From contig CP070695.1 in assembly GCA_020353515.1 (NCBI GenBank), forward strand, positions 569,622 to 633,621: a stretch of DNA of 64,000 bases. The letters are read 5' to 3'. Each line of letters starts with the position of its first letter. Position 1 is the first letter of the stretch. Of this stretch, positions 1 to 9,343 are shown in pieces. The notes under the pieces were generated by a model. The model did no database searches and was not told the origin of the DNA. It saw nothing but the letters and a program-made list of their open reading frames with translations. The DNA is from Candidatus Heimdallarchaeota archaeon. GTDB lineage: Archaea > Asgardarchaeota > Heimdallarchaeia > Hodarchaeales > Hodarchaeaceae. The translations under genes were made by a program, and so were the position numbers.

Positions 1-73
1 CAACGGTGACCAGTGCAAAGGTTTCTCCTTGCTGAATCTGCTTATCGATGTTTTTAACAAATTCACTTTGCAT
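1..73 (-). CDS. XdhC/CoxI-family Mo-cofactor maturation protein, N-terminus only (runs off window)
   Basis: Manual translation from ATG at 73: MQSEFVKNIDKQIQQGETFALVTV. This is a typical XdhC start, 1 bp downstream of the 2Fe-2S subunit gene. Confidence 0.65.
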   Translation of the reverse strand, partial: MQSEFVKNIDKQIQQGETFALVTV

Positions 74-74
74 T

Positions 75-536
75 CTAATCACTTAGCTTTTGATGAGTGT
101 CCTTGATCGCATCAAAGATCTTCTGATACCCAGTACAACGACAAATTACTCCACTCAATCCCTCACGAAGCTCTTGTTCAGTCAGATGAGGTTTTTCTCT
201 TAGTAGTACTGTACTCGCTAAAATCATTCCAGGGGTACACGCTCCACATTGTGTTGCTCCATGTATAACAAACGAGTCTTGGAGTGATAAAACGAGTGAA
301 TCTGTAGATTCTATCGTTTCTACTTCACTATGCTGTGGAAGTTGAACCATTAAGATCAGACAGGAATTTACAACCTTTCCGTTGAGAATAACACTACAAG
401 CACCACATTCACCCTGGTCACACCCTTTTTTTGTCCCCTTCATCCCCAAATCATCACGTAAGAAGTCTAGAAGTCGTCTATCAGGAGAGGTTTCCTCTTT
501 GTAGAGCATACCATTTACAATAATTTCGATTTTCAT
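75..536 (-). CDS. Mo-hydroxylase small (2x[2Fe-2S]) subunit, CoxS/CutS family
   Basis: GTKKGCDQGECGAC, SCL, QCGACTPG and CRCTGY motifs. Confidence 0.95.
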   Translation of the reverse strand: MKIEIIVNGMLYKEETSPDRRLLDFLRDDLGMKGTKKGCDQGECGACSVILNGKVVNSCLILMVQLPQHSEVETIESTDSLVLSLQDSFVIHGATQCGACTPGMILASTVLLREKPHLTEQELREGLSGVICRCTGYQKIFDAIKDTHQKLSD

Positions 537-2845
537 TTTAGCTCCTCCTGAATCTTACTCTGAATAGCTTGCCAAACTCGTTCTGGGGTGGCAGGAATTT
601 CGGATATTCTCACACCAATTGCATTGAATATTGCATTTGTTATTGCAGGCGCTATCCCCATCAGCGGTTGCTCTCCGATACCCTTCGCTCCATAAGGCCC
701 TTCTTGAAAAGGTTCTTCTATAATTATCGAGTGAATTTTGGGAGTATCTTTTGTAGTTGGAACAAGAAATGTTCCTAAGTTATTTGATTGTACCTCTCCC
801 TCAGGAGTAAAGATTATCTCTTCAAATCGTCCATAACCCATTCCTTGTAACGATCCACCTTCTATCTGACCTTCAAGGGTTTGCGGGTTGATAGCTCTTC
901 CTACATCATGAGCTGCCCAGATATTTTTGGCATGAACAGTTCCGGTTTGTACATCAACCTCGACTTCAGCAATGTTTGTGCACCATGCATAAGTAACATA
1001 CGGATTTCCTTGACCTTTTTTATTATTGAAGTCAGTTGGTGGCGCTACATCCCACCCTGCGAATGCAACTTGTCCTCGTTCTTGATACATTATTTTAATG
1101 GAATCTTCTACCACCATTTTCTTATCTGTGGAGAGAGAAACAATGTGATTTCCTTTAATTTGGAGATCTGAGGGAATAGTTTCCATGTGAGGAGAAATAA
1201 TCTCAAACATCAGTACCCGAATCTGTTCACAAGCATGTTGTAAGGCACGCCCTGAAAAGGTTGTTGATCGAGAAGCAACAGTAGGACCAGAATCAGGCAC
1301 ACGACTAGTATCTACAGGAGCCATTCGAATCTTCGAATATTCAACACCTAATTCTTCTGCAACTATCTGAGATAAAACCGTTATCATTCCTTGACCAATC
1401 TCAGTAGTCCCAACTGCAAAGAGGACACTACCATCAGGTTCAAGTTGGACATATGAGCCAGTTCGTGACAAAGCCTTCCCCGCGGAGCCCAAACCAACTC
1501 CATAGAATATTGTGGAAATCCCAATCCCTTCCCAGAGATATTTTCCTTTCTTAGATTCCTCTATTACCTGTTTAAATTCAGGAGCGGGTTTCCATTTCTT
1601 ACTCCAATTACTCTTTTCTTTGGCTTGTCTATAAGTTTGTAGCATTCCCACAGAATGCTCTATCTTTTGTCCAAATGAGAGGGTGTCACCACGTTGAATC
1701 AGGTTTCTCTCCCGAAACAATGATGGATCAATACCTAATTGAGCTGCTGCCCTATCCATCTGTTCCTCACAGGCGAATAGTACTTGAGGTGACCCGAATC
1801 CCCGGAAAGCACCAAATGGAACCAGATTAGTGGCAATACCGTACGACTGAACATCAACATTCTTACACCGGTAAGGGCCTACTGCATGAAGACAACCACG
1901 GTAAAGCACTGCAGGTGTAAGGGTTGCATAAGCCCCACAGTTCATTAGATGTTCTACTTGAACTGCTTTTAATAATCCATCTTTAGTCACACCAGTTTTC
2001 ACGCGAATAATGGCAGGATGACGTTTACTAGTATTTTCAATGTCTTCCTCTCTCGTAAGAAGGTACTTAACAGGTTTTTTCGTTAAGTAAGCTCCCAGAG
2101 CAGCTAAGCTTGCAAGTTGATTTGGTTGATCTTCTTTTCCACCAAATGCTCCCCCAGTGGTCGTTTGGACAATTGTGACTTTTGACCAGGGATATCCAAG
2201 TATGTCAGATACAGCTCGTTGAACATAGAATGGACACTGCATCGATCCATATACAGTAATCTCATCATGACCTAAGGGAACAGCAATACATCCTTGGGGT
2301 TCAATATATGCGTGTTCTTGCGCAGGTGTTCGATATTCTCCTTCAACAATGATATCTGATTCCTGAAACCCTTTATTCACGTCTCCCCGTTTTTGTTGCC
2401 AATAAGATATGATATTATTGTCTCCAAATATATGAATATTTGAATGGTCTTTTGCTTCATCAGGATCAAATACTGCAGGTAGCTTTTCATATTCCACATG
2501 AACAGCTGAAACAGCTGCGTTAGCATCTCTAAGATTTTTGGCAACAACGATTGCTACTGGTTCTCCCACATGTCGAACAACCTTTTCAGCAAGAAGAGGC
2601 CAATCATCAAGAATGACATGGACAATATTCTTTCCAGGAATATCTTTGGCTGTTCCAATTGTAGCTCCTAACTGTTTTACTCTTTCATAATCAATTTCAA
2701 TCTTCTTGATTCGAGCATGAGCATGTGGACTACGAACGACTGCAAGGAATTGTTCATCAGAAAAACTTAAGTCATAAATGTATTGTGCCTCCCCCTTAAC
2801 CTTGAAACGAGCATCCTTACGTGGAAGTGGTTTTCCTACTACCAA
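533..2845 (-). CDS. Xanthine dehydrogenase-family molybdopterin-binding large subunit
   Basis: VRSPHAHARI, GGAFGGKE, GAFRGFG, GPTVASRST, EGQIEGG and GAKGIGE motifs; 4-bp overlap with the small subunit gene. Confidence 0.95.
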   Translation of the reverse strand: MVVGKPLPRKDARFKVKGEAQYIYDLSFSDEQFLAVVRSPHAHARIKKIEIDYERVKQLGATIGTAKDIPGKNIVHVILDDWPLLAEKVVRHVGEPVAIVVAKNLRDANAAVSAVHVEYEKLPAVFDPDEAKDHSNIHIFGDNNIISYWQQKRGDVNKGFQESDIIVEGEYRTPAQEHAYIEPQGCIAVPLGHDEITVYGSMQCPFYVQRAVSDILGYPWSKVTIVQTTTGGAFGGKEDQPNQLASLAALGAYLTKKPVKYLLTREEDIENTSKRHPAIIRVKTGVTKDGLLKAVQVEHLMNCGAYATLTPAVLYRGCLHAVGPYRCKNVDVQSYGIATNLVPFGAFRGFGSPQVLFACEEQMDRAAAQLGIDPSLFRERNLIQRGDTLSFGQKIEHSVGMLQTYRQAKEKSNWSKKWKPAPEFKQVIEESKKGKYLWEGIGISTIFYGVGLGSAGKALSRTGSYVQLEPDGSVLFAVGTTEIGQGMITVLSQIVAEELGVEYSKIRMAPVDTSRVPDSGPTVASRSTTFSGRALQHACEQIRVLMFEIISPHMETIPSDLQIKGNHIVSLSTDKKMVVEDSIKIMYQERGQVAFAGWDVAPPTDFNNKKGQGNPYVTYAWCTNIAEVEVDVQTGTVHAKNIWAAHDVGRAINPQTLEGQIEGGSLQGMGYGRFEEIIFTPEGEVQSNNLGTFLVPTTKDTPKIHSIIIEEPFQEGPYGAKGIGEQPLMGIAPAITNAIFNAIGVRISEIPATPERVWQAIQSKIQEELK

Positions 2846-3075
2846 TTTACTGACTCCGTTTTAAAAATTATCTACAAAAACTGTGTGAATCACTTTTTTT
2901 GGACTATTTTTTGCATCCTTTTGTGTTAAGAAAAATTTATTCTAAGAAATTTTTATCTAGATAGGATAAACTTGTGGATTCTCAAGCTATTTTAACTCTT
3001 TTAATCAACTCTCTTTTGCCATGATTATTTGCAAAAAAGGAGAAAAAGGATCTAAGAAATCTGGAGATATTTATA

Positions 3076-3915
3076 ATGCGTATGAAAGATGAAACAGCAA
3101 TCGTAACTGGCTCAACAAGTGGTATTGGAAAAAAAATAGCAGAGTTATTCCTAAAAGAAGGATGTAGAGTAACAATATGCTCCAGAAATGAATCAAATGT
3201 AAACAAAACCGTATCAGAATTTCAAGAAGCATTTGGTAACTCAGTAGTGGGTCAAGTGTGTGATGTTTCTGATGTAACATCGATGAAGCAAGTAGTGGAA
3301 AAAACTATTGATTCTTTCGGCTCCATTCGAATTCTTGTAGCAAATGCTGGGGTAAGTCTAACTTATGGGCCATTTGAAAATATGATTCACCGTCCTGAAG
3401 AAATAATTTCTGATACTCAAAAAATGCTTGCAACTAATCTAATCGGGGTAATAAACTCAATATCTATAATACTGCCACATATGATTAATCAGGGATATGG
3501 GAGAATTATAGTAGTAGGAGGTGGACATGGAGATCGACCTGGACCTCATATGACTCTTTATTCCGCCTCAAAGGGTGGTGTATTTGCATTTTCCAGGTGT
3601 CTAGCCACAGAATTCAAAGAGAGAGAAGATGATATTAAAATCAATATTTTTCAACCGGGGATGATTGAAACGAATTTAGCCAAAAATGTTAAAGTTGTAA
3701 AAGGGTGGAAAACCGAAGAACTCTTCCAACGTGATAGTTCCTTAGCACTAAAATTTATTGGTACAAATATAGAGGAAAGCTGTCGGAATGTTATCCCCTA
3801 TGCAATACCTACATGTAAAACTAATGGAAAGGTGTTCAGGGGATTCTCCATACTAAGGATGATACGTGGAGGTAGAAAGTATCGGAAAGCTTCAAAAGAA
3901 TATGAAAAACTCTAG
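3076..3915 (+). CDS. Short-chain dehydrogenase/reductase (SDR)
   Basis: TGSTSGIG, ANAG, YSASK and PGMIET motifs. Confidence 0.93.
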   Translation: MRMKDETAIVTGSTSGIGKKIAELFLKEGCRVTICSRNESNVNKTVSEFQEAFGNSVVGQVCDVSDVTSMKQVVEKTIDSFGSIRILVANAGVSLTYGPFENMIHRPEEIISDTQKMLATNLIGVINSISIILPHMINQGYGRIIVVGGGHGDRPGPHMTLYSASKGGVFAFSRCLATEFKEREDDIKINIFQPGMIETNLAKNVKVVKGWKTEELFQRDSSLALKFIGTNIEESCRNVIPYAIPTCKTNGKVFRGFSILRMIRGGRKYRKASKEYEKL

Positions 3916-3965
3916 AGGAAGCATTTTCTGATTGGACTAAAAATTGCCTTCCAAAATATAAATTT

Positions 3966-4768
3966 TCAAATATCTGCTGATTTATCTATTAATTCTCTTG
4001 GAATTTGCTTGATGTATGCCACAAGGGAGGACATTCCGAAGTCTTGAACTTCTTTCTCGGTGTGCAAAGATATAACTGATGAATAAACGTTTAAGGCTCT
4101 GTTTAATTGGGCATGAGAAATTAATACAGCTTCAGGGTACCGAACAGTTATGTAAACCATGAGGATTAAGTTAAAGAATAATTTTAACCGAAAAAGATCC
4201 CAGAATTGAAATATAACGGGAGGCCATGGGGAAAACCATGCACCAATTAATATTATTGGGTTAATTATCCATAGACATCCCACTACAATCCACAATCTTT
4301 TAGCGAGAACAATTCTTTGATCCATAATAAGAGGTTTTATAGTTGAATAGATGTAGATAAAAACAGCCATCACAAGTAACGTGTTATAAATGCCAAGTTG
4401 GAAGAGGAAATATCTCATACTTGGATCAGGGAGAAGAACACCTAATCCAACTATTAGGACCAAACAAAAGTCAATTAGGATCACTATACCAAGGATTTTT
4501 TTCCCATTTTAATCTTAAGCAATGTAGTAAAAGGGCAAAGATAGTCACCTGCTCGCAAAGTGCATAATGAATATCCAGTACAACATTGGTTATATCAAGT
4601 AATCAAAGATGATAATTTACAATGAAGCTCATGAAAAAGAAAAAAACCCAGCAAACAATACGTAATCAAAAATCCTTGCTTTGTAATAATATTTGATGAG
4701 AAAATAGATTGGTATAAACAAACCAAAAATTACAAAAAAAAAGCCCAATCAATAATATTTGGATCCAT
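3966..4768 (-). pseudogene. Disrupted multi-pass membrane protein
   Basis: ATG at 4768 (MDPNIIDWAFF..). The hydrophobic reading continues only across frameshifts at homopolymer runs (4734-4742, 4640-4646, 4496-4502) and through an in-frame TGA (4603-4605) before joining ORF 3966..4484. Confidence 0.6.
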
Positions 4769-4902
4769 TTACTCAAAACCTCAGTATTTGTTGTAATAAT
4801 TCAAACTCTTATTTTCTAGGGATCTTCTTTTTTTAAAGATTCAGATTTTGCAGAACACAGTATGATGATCAGTTATTGATTCCAAGTATCCTTATGTAGA
4901 AG

Positions 4903-5517
4903 CTAAATCCATCGAACAAACGCCAGACCTCTTCCAACAGGTAATATGACACTTGAAACTTTAGAATCACCTTTAATTTGTATGATGAATTCTTGCATGT
5001 CATCTGCGTGACTAATCACATTATCTGCTATTAATACAGTTCCACGTGACAAGCGATTGACAAGAAGGTTAAAGAAATAAAGGTAATCTTCTTTTTCACA
5101 GTCCAAGAAAACGTAATTGAACTTTTCTTGAGATTTTTTCAGATAATCCTTTGCATCTCCATGAATTAACTCAATGAATTGACTGACTTCTATGGATGTT
5201 ATATTCTTTGATGCGAATTGAAACTTTTTTGGATCATGATCTAGTGAAATTAATCTCCCATGGTCATTTTTTACTAATGCCATCCCTTGCCAGATTGTAG
5301 AATATCCCCCCGATGTACCAATTTCAAGACCCACAAAATCAGGAAATTGTGAAGAAAAAGTCAGAAGAAATTGGAAGAGAAATTCTCCTGTTTCACGAGG
5401 AATCTGTCTAAGACGTTGTAATCGGTCTAAGCCAACCTCACGTTCTTTTCTATCTTTTTCCTCTAGTTGAAGTAATACTTTTTGAACTGGTGAGGGTAAT
5501 GAATCGAATGGCTGCAT
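4903..5517 (-). CDS. Class I SAM-dependent O-methyltransferase (YrrM/caffeoyl-CoA OMT-like)
   Basis: LEIGTSGGYST, VFLDCEKEDY and IADNV motifs. Confidence 0.9.
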   Translation of the reverse strand: MQPFDSLPSPVQKVLLQLEEKDRKEREVGLDRLQRLRQIPRETGEFLFQFLLTFSSQFPDFVGLEIGTSGGYSTIWQGMALVKNDHGRLISLDHDPKKFQFASKNITSIEVSQFIELIHGDAKDYLKKSQEKFNYVFLDCEKEDYLYFFNLLVNRLSRGTVLIADNVISHADDMQEFIIQIKGDSKVSSVILPVGRGLAFVRWI

Positions 5518-5574
5518 TTAATTCACTCATTTCAAATCATATTGGTTTCTTTTGAAACTTTTGGCATCACAATA

Positions 5575-6504
5575 TTATTTGGATAAATACATAAAATAAG
5601 AAACAACCTCGTTATAGGACTGAAATTCAGAGGGAATTGGGAAAGAAGAATCTATTTTCTGCTTCCTAAGTAATCCTTGCCACCAAACTTCAATAGGATA
5701 ACTATATTGCGGTTGGAGGTCTATATTCACAGAATCATCTCTAATCCATTCTTGAATTAAACGAGAAAAACGAGAATGGGAATCATCTTCCAATACATGG
5801 ATAAAAAAGCCAAGGATTTGATGATCTTTAGGATTGAACCGTTGGATAATTTCTTTTGTTGTTTGAAGTCCTGTTATACTTCCTCCATTGAAGGCTAATC
5901 CAAGGCCTCCTAATGAAAATCCAAATGGGGGTTGGGAAACAATAAGATCGAATTGATCTCCCTTAGCTGAATTCCAGTCCCGTCTCTGAAACTCAACTGA
6001 GTCCAAACTATTAAGATCTCGATTTAATTGAGCTAGTCTGATGGCACGAGGATTGATATCCACACCAAGAGCTATCCCTCCTCTTAATCTGGCCATTAAA
6101 GCTAATAATCCAGTTCCAGTGCCTAGATCTAACACATGATCCCCCTTCTTCACAGGTAAAGATCGGGCAAAAGTCCAACTCCCACCAGAAAATTTGGTTG
6201 AAAGCCATACATAGGTTTTAACGCTTTCAAACCTAGGAAAATCACAGAAAAGAAGGAGATTATCACTATAGACTGGTAAAAAATTCCAAATATACCGTTC
6301 ATTAGAGATCTGGACAAGTCCATTCATTACTAGAACTTGGAGAAGATCCTCGTTCAATAGGGTCAGGAGATCAGAATCAAGTTCAGATTGTACTTCTTGA
6401 TTTACAGTTTTTCTTCTAAAGTACTCTTTCAGGATTTCACCTAATCTTGTTAAAGTACTCGTCTCATAAGAAAACCTTGTGACAGGAAGGGACGACTTCA
6501 TCAT
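5575..6504 (-). CDS. HemK/PrmC-like class I methyltransferase
   Basis: VLDLGTGTG, GVDINPRA and FDLIVSQPPF (NPPF variant). Confidence 0.8.
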   Translation of the reverse strand: MMKSSLPVTRFSYETSTLTRLGEILKEYFRRKTVNQEVQSELDSDLLTLLNEDLLQVLVMNGLVQISNERYIWNFLPVYSDNLLLFCDFPRFESVKTYVWLSTKFSGGSWTFARSLPVKKGDHVLDLGTGTGLLALMARLRGGIALGVDINPRAIRLAQLNRDLNSLDSVEFQRRDWNSAKGDQFDLIVSQPPFGFSLGGLGLAFNGGSITGLQTTKEIIQRFNPKDHQILGFFIHVLEDDSHSRFSRLIQEWIRDDSVNIDLQPQYSYPIEVWWQGLLRKQKIDSSFPIPSEFQSYNEVVSYFMYLSK

Positions 6505-6516
6505 TCTGTCCTGAAA

Positions 6517-7086
6517 TCAGGGCATAAATGCAAAGAGTAGGGAAAAGAGAAATATAATGAAAAATGTAAAAATAAAGAACGCAATAATGGGAGATTCCTG
6601 TAAAAATTCTCGAGAAAATAATCGAGCAATTTCTTTTCCCAAGCTCAATTGTCTACGTAATGATAATCTATGTCTATCAAAGATTGTGAATCCAAAGATT
6701 TTAATTGTAGGAACCATATGGATTAAACACCAGATGACTATGAATGGAAGGGCAATCAAAGCCAAGATTCCGACTATAAAAAATTTCGGGTTTGTTATCC
6801 CAACCATGAATATAGCAAGACAAATGAAAGCACTGAAGATCATAGCCCAAAACCAAGCCCACGTAGAAAAGTAGATATCTTCAGCAGTGCTCGTATCGGC
6901 TGCTCTGCGCTCAACGGTAGTTTTTATTTCCTCTCTCTTTTTAGTAGTAAATCCCTTGGTTTTTTCTTTTGTTGTGGTTTGAGCAGTCTGAATCTCTTCT
7001 TTCATACCATCAACGAAATCTTTCCCTGTGTCTTTGATCTTATCAAAGATTTTTCGTGACTTCTTCGGTTCTTCATCCTTTGCCAT
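6517..7086 (-). CDS. Hypothetical membrane protein (charged/amphipathic N-terminus, long hydrophobic hairpin, C-terminal TM)
   Basis: AGGTGA SD-like motif upstream; about 50-aa hydrophobic stretch plus a C-terminal TM segment. Confidence 0.75.
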   Translation of the reverse strand: MAKDEEPKKSRKIFDKIKDTGKDFVDGMKEEIQTAQTTTKEKTKGFTTKKREEIKTTVERRAADTSTAEDIYFSTWAWFWAMIFSAFICLAIFMVGITNPKFFIVGILALIALPFIVIWCLIHMVPTIKIFGFTIFDRHRLSLRRQLSLGKEIARLFSREFLQESPIIAFFIFTFFIIFLFSLLFAFMP

Positions 7087-7130
7087 TCTCTTTTCACCTA
7101 GAAATACATACTATTTTCATAACATGACAC

Positions 7131-7604
7131 CTAGAAACGAGTCTTCCGAGAGGAGACTTTGATCTTGACTGCGATGCCTTTCCCTTTTAGTACCTCGTAT
7201 TTAGTTCCACTCCCGTAAACTATTGGGATTTCGGATTTTATTACAGTATCATCCCGGGTAGCATCTTGCTCTCGAAGTTTAATAGGAATCTGTTTAGTTT
7301 TCGCTTTGTCGGACTCATCAAATTCAAGCCAAAGAGTGAAATCTTGTTTTGCTGAGTAGGTCATATTCTCTTTGATATTAATGGTTCCTTGATGGGGAAC
7401 TCGGTAATCATGTTTTAATGTTCCTTTTCCGCCAACCTCGAAATAAAATTCTCCTGTTCTATCTACAGGGCTAGCTTCGTGAACATCTTCTACTCGTATG
7501 GACATTAGGCTGATGATATTTTGAAATCGGTTTGATTTCGATAAATCAGGGGCCTGACCCTTTGCATATGTCTTCTTTCCTTTCACATAAACTCTACGTG
7601 ACAT
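7131..7604 (-). CDS. Hypothetical beta-sandwich protein, possibly C2-domain-like
   Basis: Alternating beta-strand pattern; DRTGEFYFEV and IKLREQDATRDDTVI resemble C2 loops 1 and 3. Confidence 0.6.
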   Translation of the reverse strand: MSRRVYVKGKKTYAKGQAPDLSKSNRFQNIISLMSIRVEDVHEASPVDRTGEFYFEVGGKGTLKHDYRVPHQGTINIKENMTYSAKQDFTLWLEFDESDKAKTKQIPIKLREQDATRDDTVIKSEIPIVYGSGTKYEVLKGKGIAVKIKVSSRKTRF

Positions 7605-7800
7605 TTTAACACTTCCGCATTCTAATATGGAATTTTTTCATTAAAAACTTTATAGTTTCCACTAAAGAGGAGTGTTTTAAAAAATTGTGTTTTTTTTCCC
7701 CAACTTCTTCATTAAGAACCTTAAAGAATTAGTCACAAGTCCATGAAACTTCTAGTCAAAACTGTGACCACTCTTCCTGCATTCTTCTTCAGAGTATGGA

Positions 7801-9138
7801 TCATTCTGTTACAGGGTGTGGTTCAATAGTAACTGGTAAAATGGAAGGTGTTTCCACAGTTGTGACTGTTTTTTCAACGTAGCGAAATCGTGTAAAGAAC
7901 AATGAATACCCTAAGAATAACATTCCAAAGAGACTTGCAATAACTAGCACTGGGATGATTCCAAACAGCTCTCCAAAAATTCCTGAAAGAATGATGGCTA
8001 TTGGCCCAGATCCTTGGGCAATAGTCAAACGTACTGAATATACACGACCTAATTTTTCAGGAGGAACAATTTTTTGCCAAATTGTTTGAGAAGAGACGTT
8101 AGCAATTGGAAGACCAAAACCATTTAAAAATATTCCAAGAATAAGAAGGGGAAACAAACTTTGGGGGACAAAACTACAGACTATGAATCCAAAATACATA
8201 ATGAAAATACCTAAAGCAACTCCATGAGCATTATTCTCAAATCCCTTCCACGAAGACATGATCATTGATGAACAGATCATTCCTGCTTGTAATGCTGAAA
8301 AAAGAAGAGCTAATTCCTCTGGGCCTCCTAAGTGAATATCCTTGACAAATAATGGTAATAAAACATAGAGGGGTCGCATAAAAAAGTTGGCAGCAGTAAA
8401 AACAGCCAATAAGGCAAGAAGTCCTTGTTGATTCCTGATGAAAGTAAAGCCTTCAGATAACTCAGCCAAGAATGGCGTTTTCTCTTTAATTATTGAAGGA
8501 GCTTTAACTGAAGGAATAGAAATTATAATAGTTGGAACAATTGCAATCATAAACGTAATAGCGTCTAACCACAAGACCTCTTGAAGTATAAAATAATTGA
8601 GTAATAGGGCCCCCACAAGTGGTCCTACCATCAGAATCATACCGTTAAAAAGATAATCAAGTCCATTCATTCGACTTAGTTTATCTTTGGGGATTAGTAA
8701 TGGGATAATTGCTTGGACTGCAGGGCGATGGAACGCCTGGAATACACCTCTAAGAGTTATTATCGCTAAAACAAACCAAATATCTGCTATTCCAAGTATG
8801 AAAGCAAAAATCAAACCCATCGTGGCAATCGCTTGAAAAAAATCTACGGTTGCGATTATTTTTTTCCGGGACCATCTATCGACAAAAACACCTGCTATTG
8901 GCGTTAGGAGCATTGTTGGTCCAAAACCTAGAAAGGTTGACAGAGCCAAGAAGAGTTCACTCCCAGTCTCAACAGTTATCCACCAAACAATAGAAAATTG
9001 TACAACACTTGACCCCAATAAGGAAATTAACTGTCCAATCCAAAAGATAACATATCCTCTGAGATTTCTATTGAATTGAATGTTATTATCGTTCTCTAAT
9101 GAAACTTTGTTATTCTCTGTCAATATTAATTCTTCCAA
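7801..9138 (-). CDS. MFS transporter (DHA3/MefA-like efflux)
   Basis: FWIGQLISLLGS, AGVFVDRWSRKKI and VPPEKLGRV motifs; about 12 TM segments. Confidence 0.93.
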   Translation of the reverse strand: MEELILTENNKVSLENDNNIQFNRNLRGYVIFWIGQLISLLGSSVVQFSIVWWITVETGSELFLALSTFLGFGPTMLLTPIAGVFVDRWSRKKIIATVDFFQAIATMGLIFAFILGIADIWFVLAIITLRGVFQAFHRPAVQAIIPLLIPKDKLSRMNGLDYLFNGMILMVGPLVGALLLNYFILQEVLWLDAITFMIAIVPTIIISIPSVKAPSIIKEKTPFLAELSEGFTFIRNQQGLLALLAVFTAANFFMRPLYVLLPLFVKDIHLGGPEELALLFSALQAGMICSSMIMSSWKGFENNAHGVALGIFIMYFGFIVCSFVPQSLFPLLILGIFLNGFGLPIANVSSQTIWQKIVPPEKLGRVYSVRLTIAQGSGPIAIILSGIFGELFGIIPVLVIASLFGMLFLGYSLFFTRFRYVEKTVTTVETPSILPVTIEPHPVTE

Positions 9139-9150
9139 AAACGATTTAGC

Positions 9151-9319
9151 TTAATACTGAATCGTTAACTTAAAAAGCTTCTTGATATGGTAATGAATCC
9201 ATAAAAATAACAAAATTAAATGCTTCAAACAATATAGATTCGAAAAAATTAACATCTATAGCTAGCTATAAATTATCACAACCTTTATTAATTATTCAGT
9301 CTTAACTGAACCGTATTAA
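9151..9319. promoter_or_regulatory. Candidate operator sites in the divergent MFS/regulator promoter
   Basis: Related sites TTAATACTGAATCGTTAA (9151-9168) and TTAACTGAACCGTATTAA (9302-9319) share the core ACTGAAYCGT; inverted repeat TTCAGT-N4-ACTGAA at 9295-9310. Confidence 0.4.
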
Positions 9320-9343
9320 AAATTAACATCGTGGTCAATCAGA

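Noticed and set aside
533-2845. Aerobic CO dehydrogenase (CoxL)
   Set aside because: The active-site loop is AFRGFG, not AYxCSFR (form I) or AYxGAGR (form II).
4603-4605. In-frame TGA as selenocysteine or recoded Trp
   Set aside because: It lies in a segment with several frameshifts and no redox motif, and TGA is used as a normal stop throughout the window.
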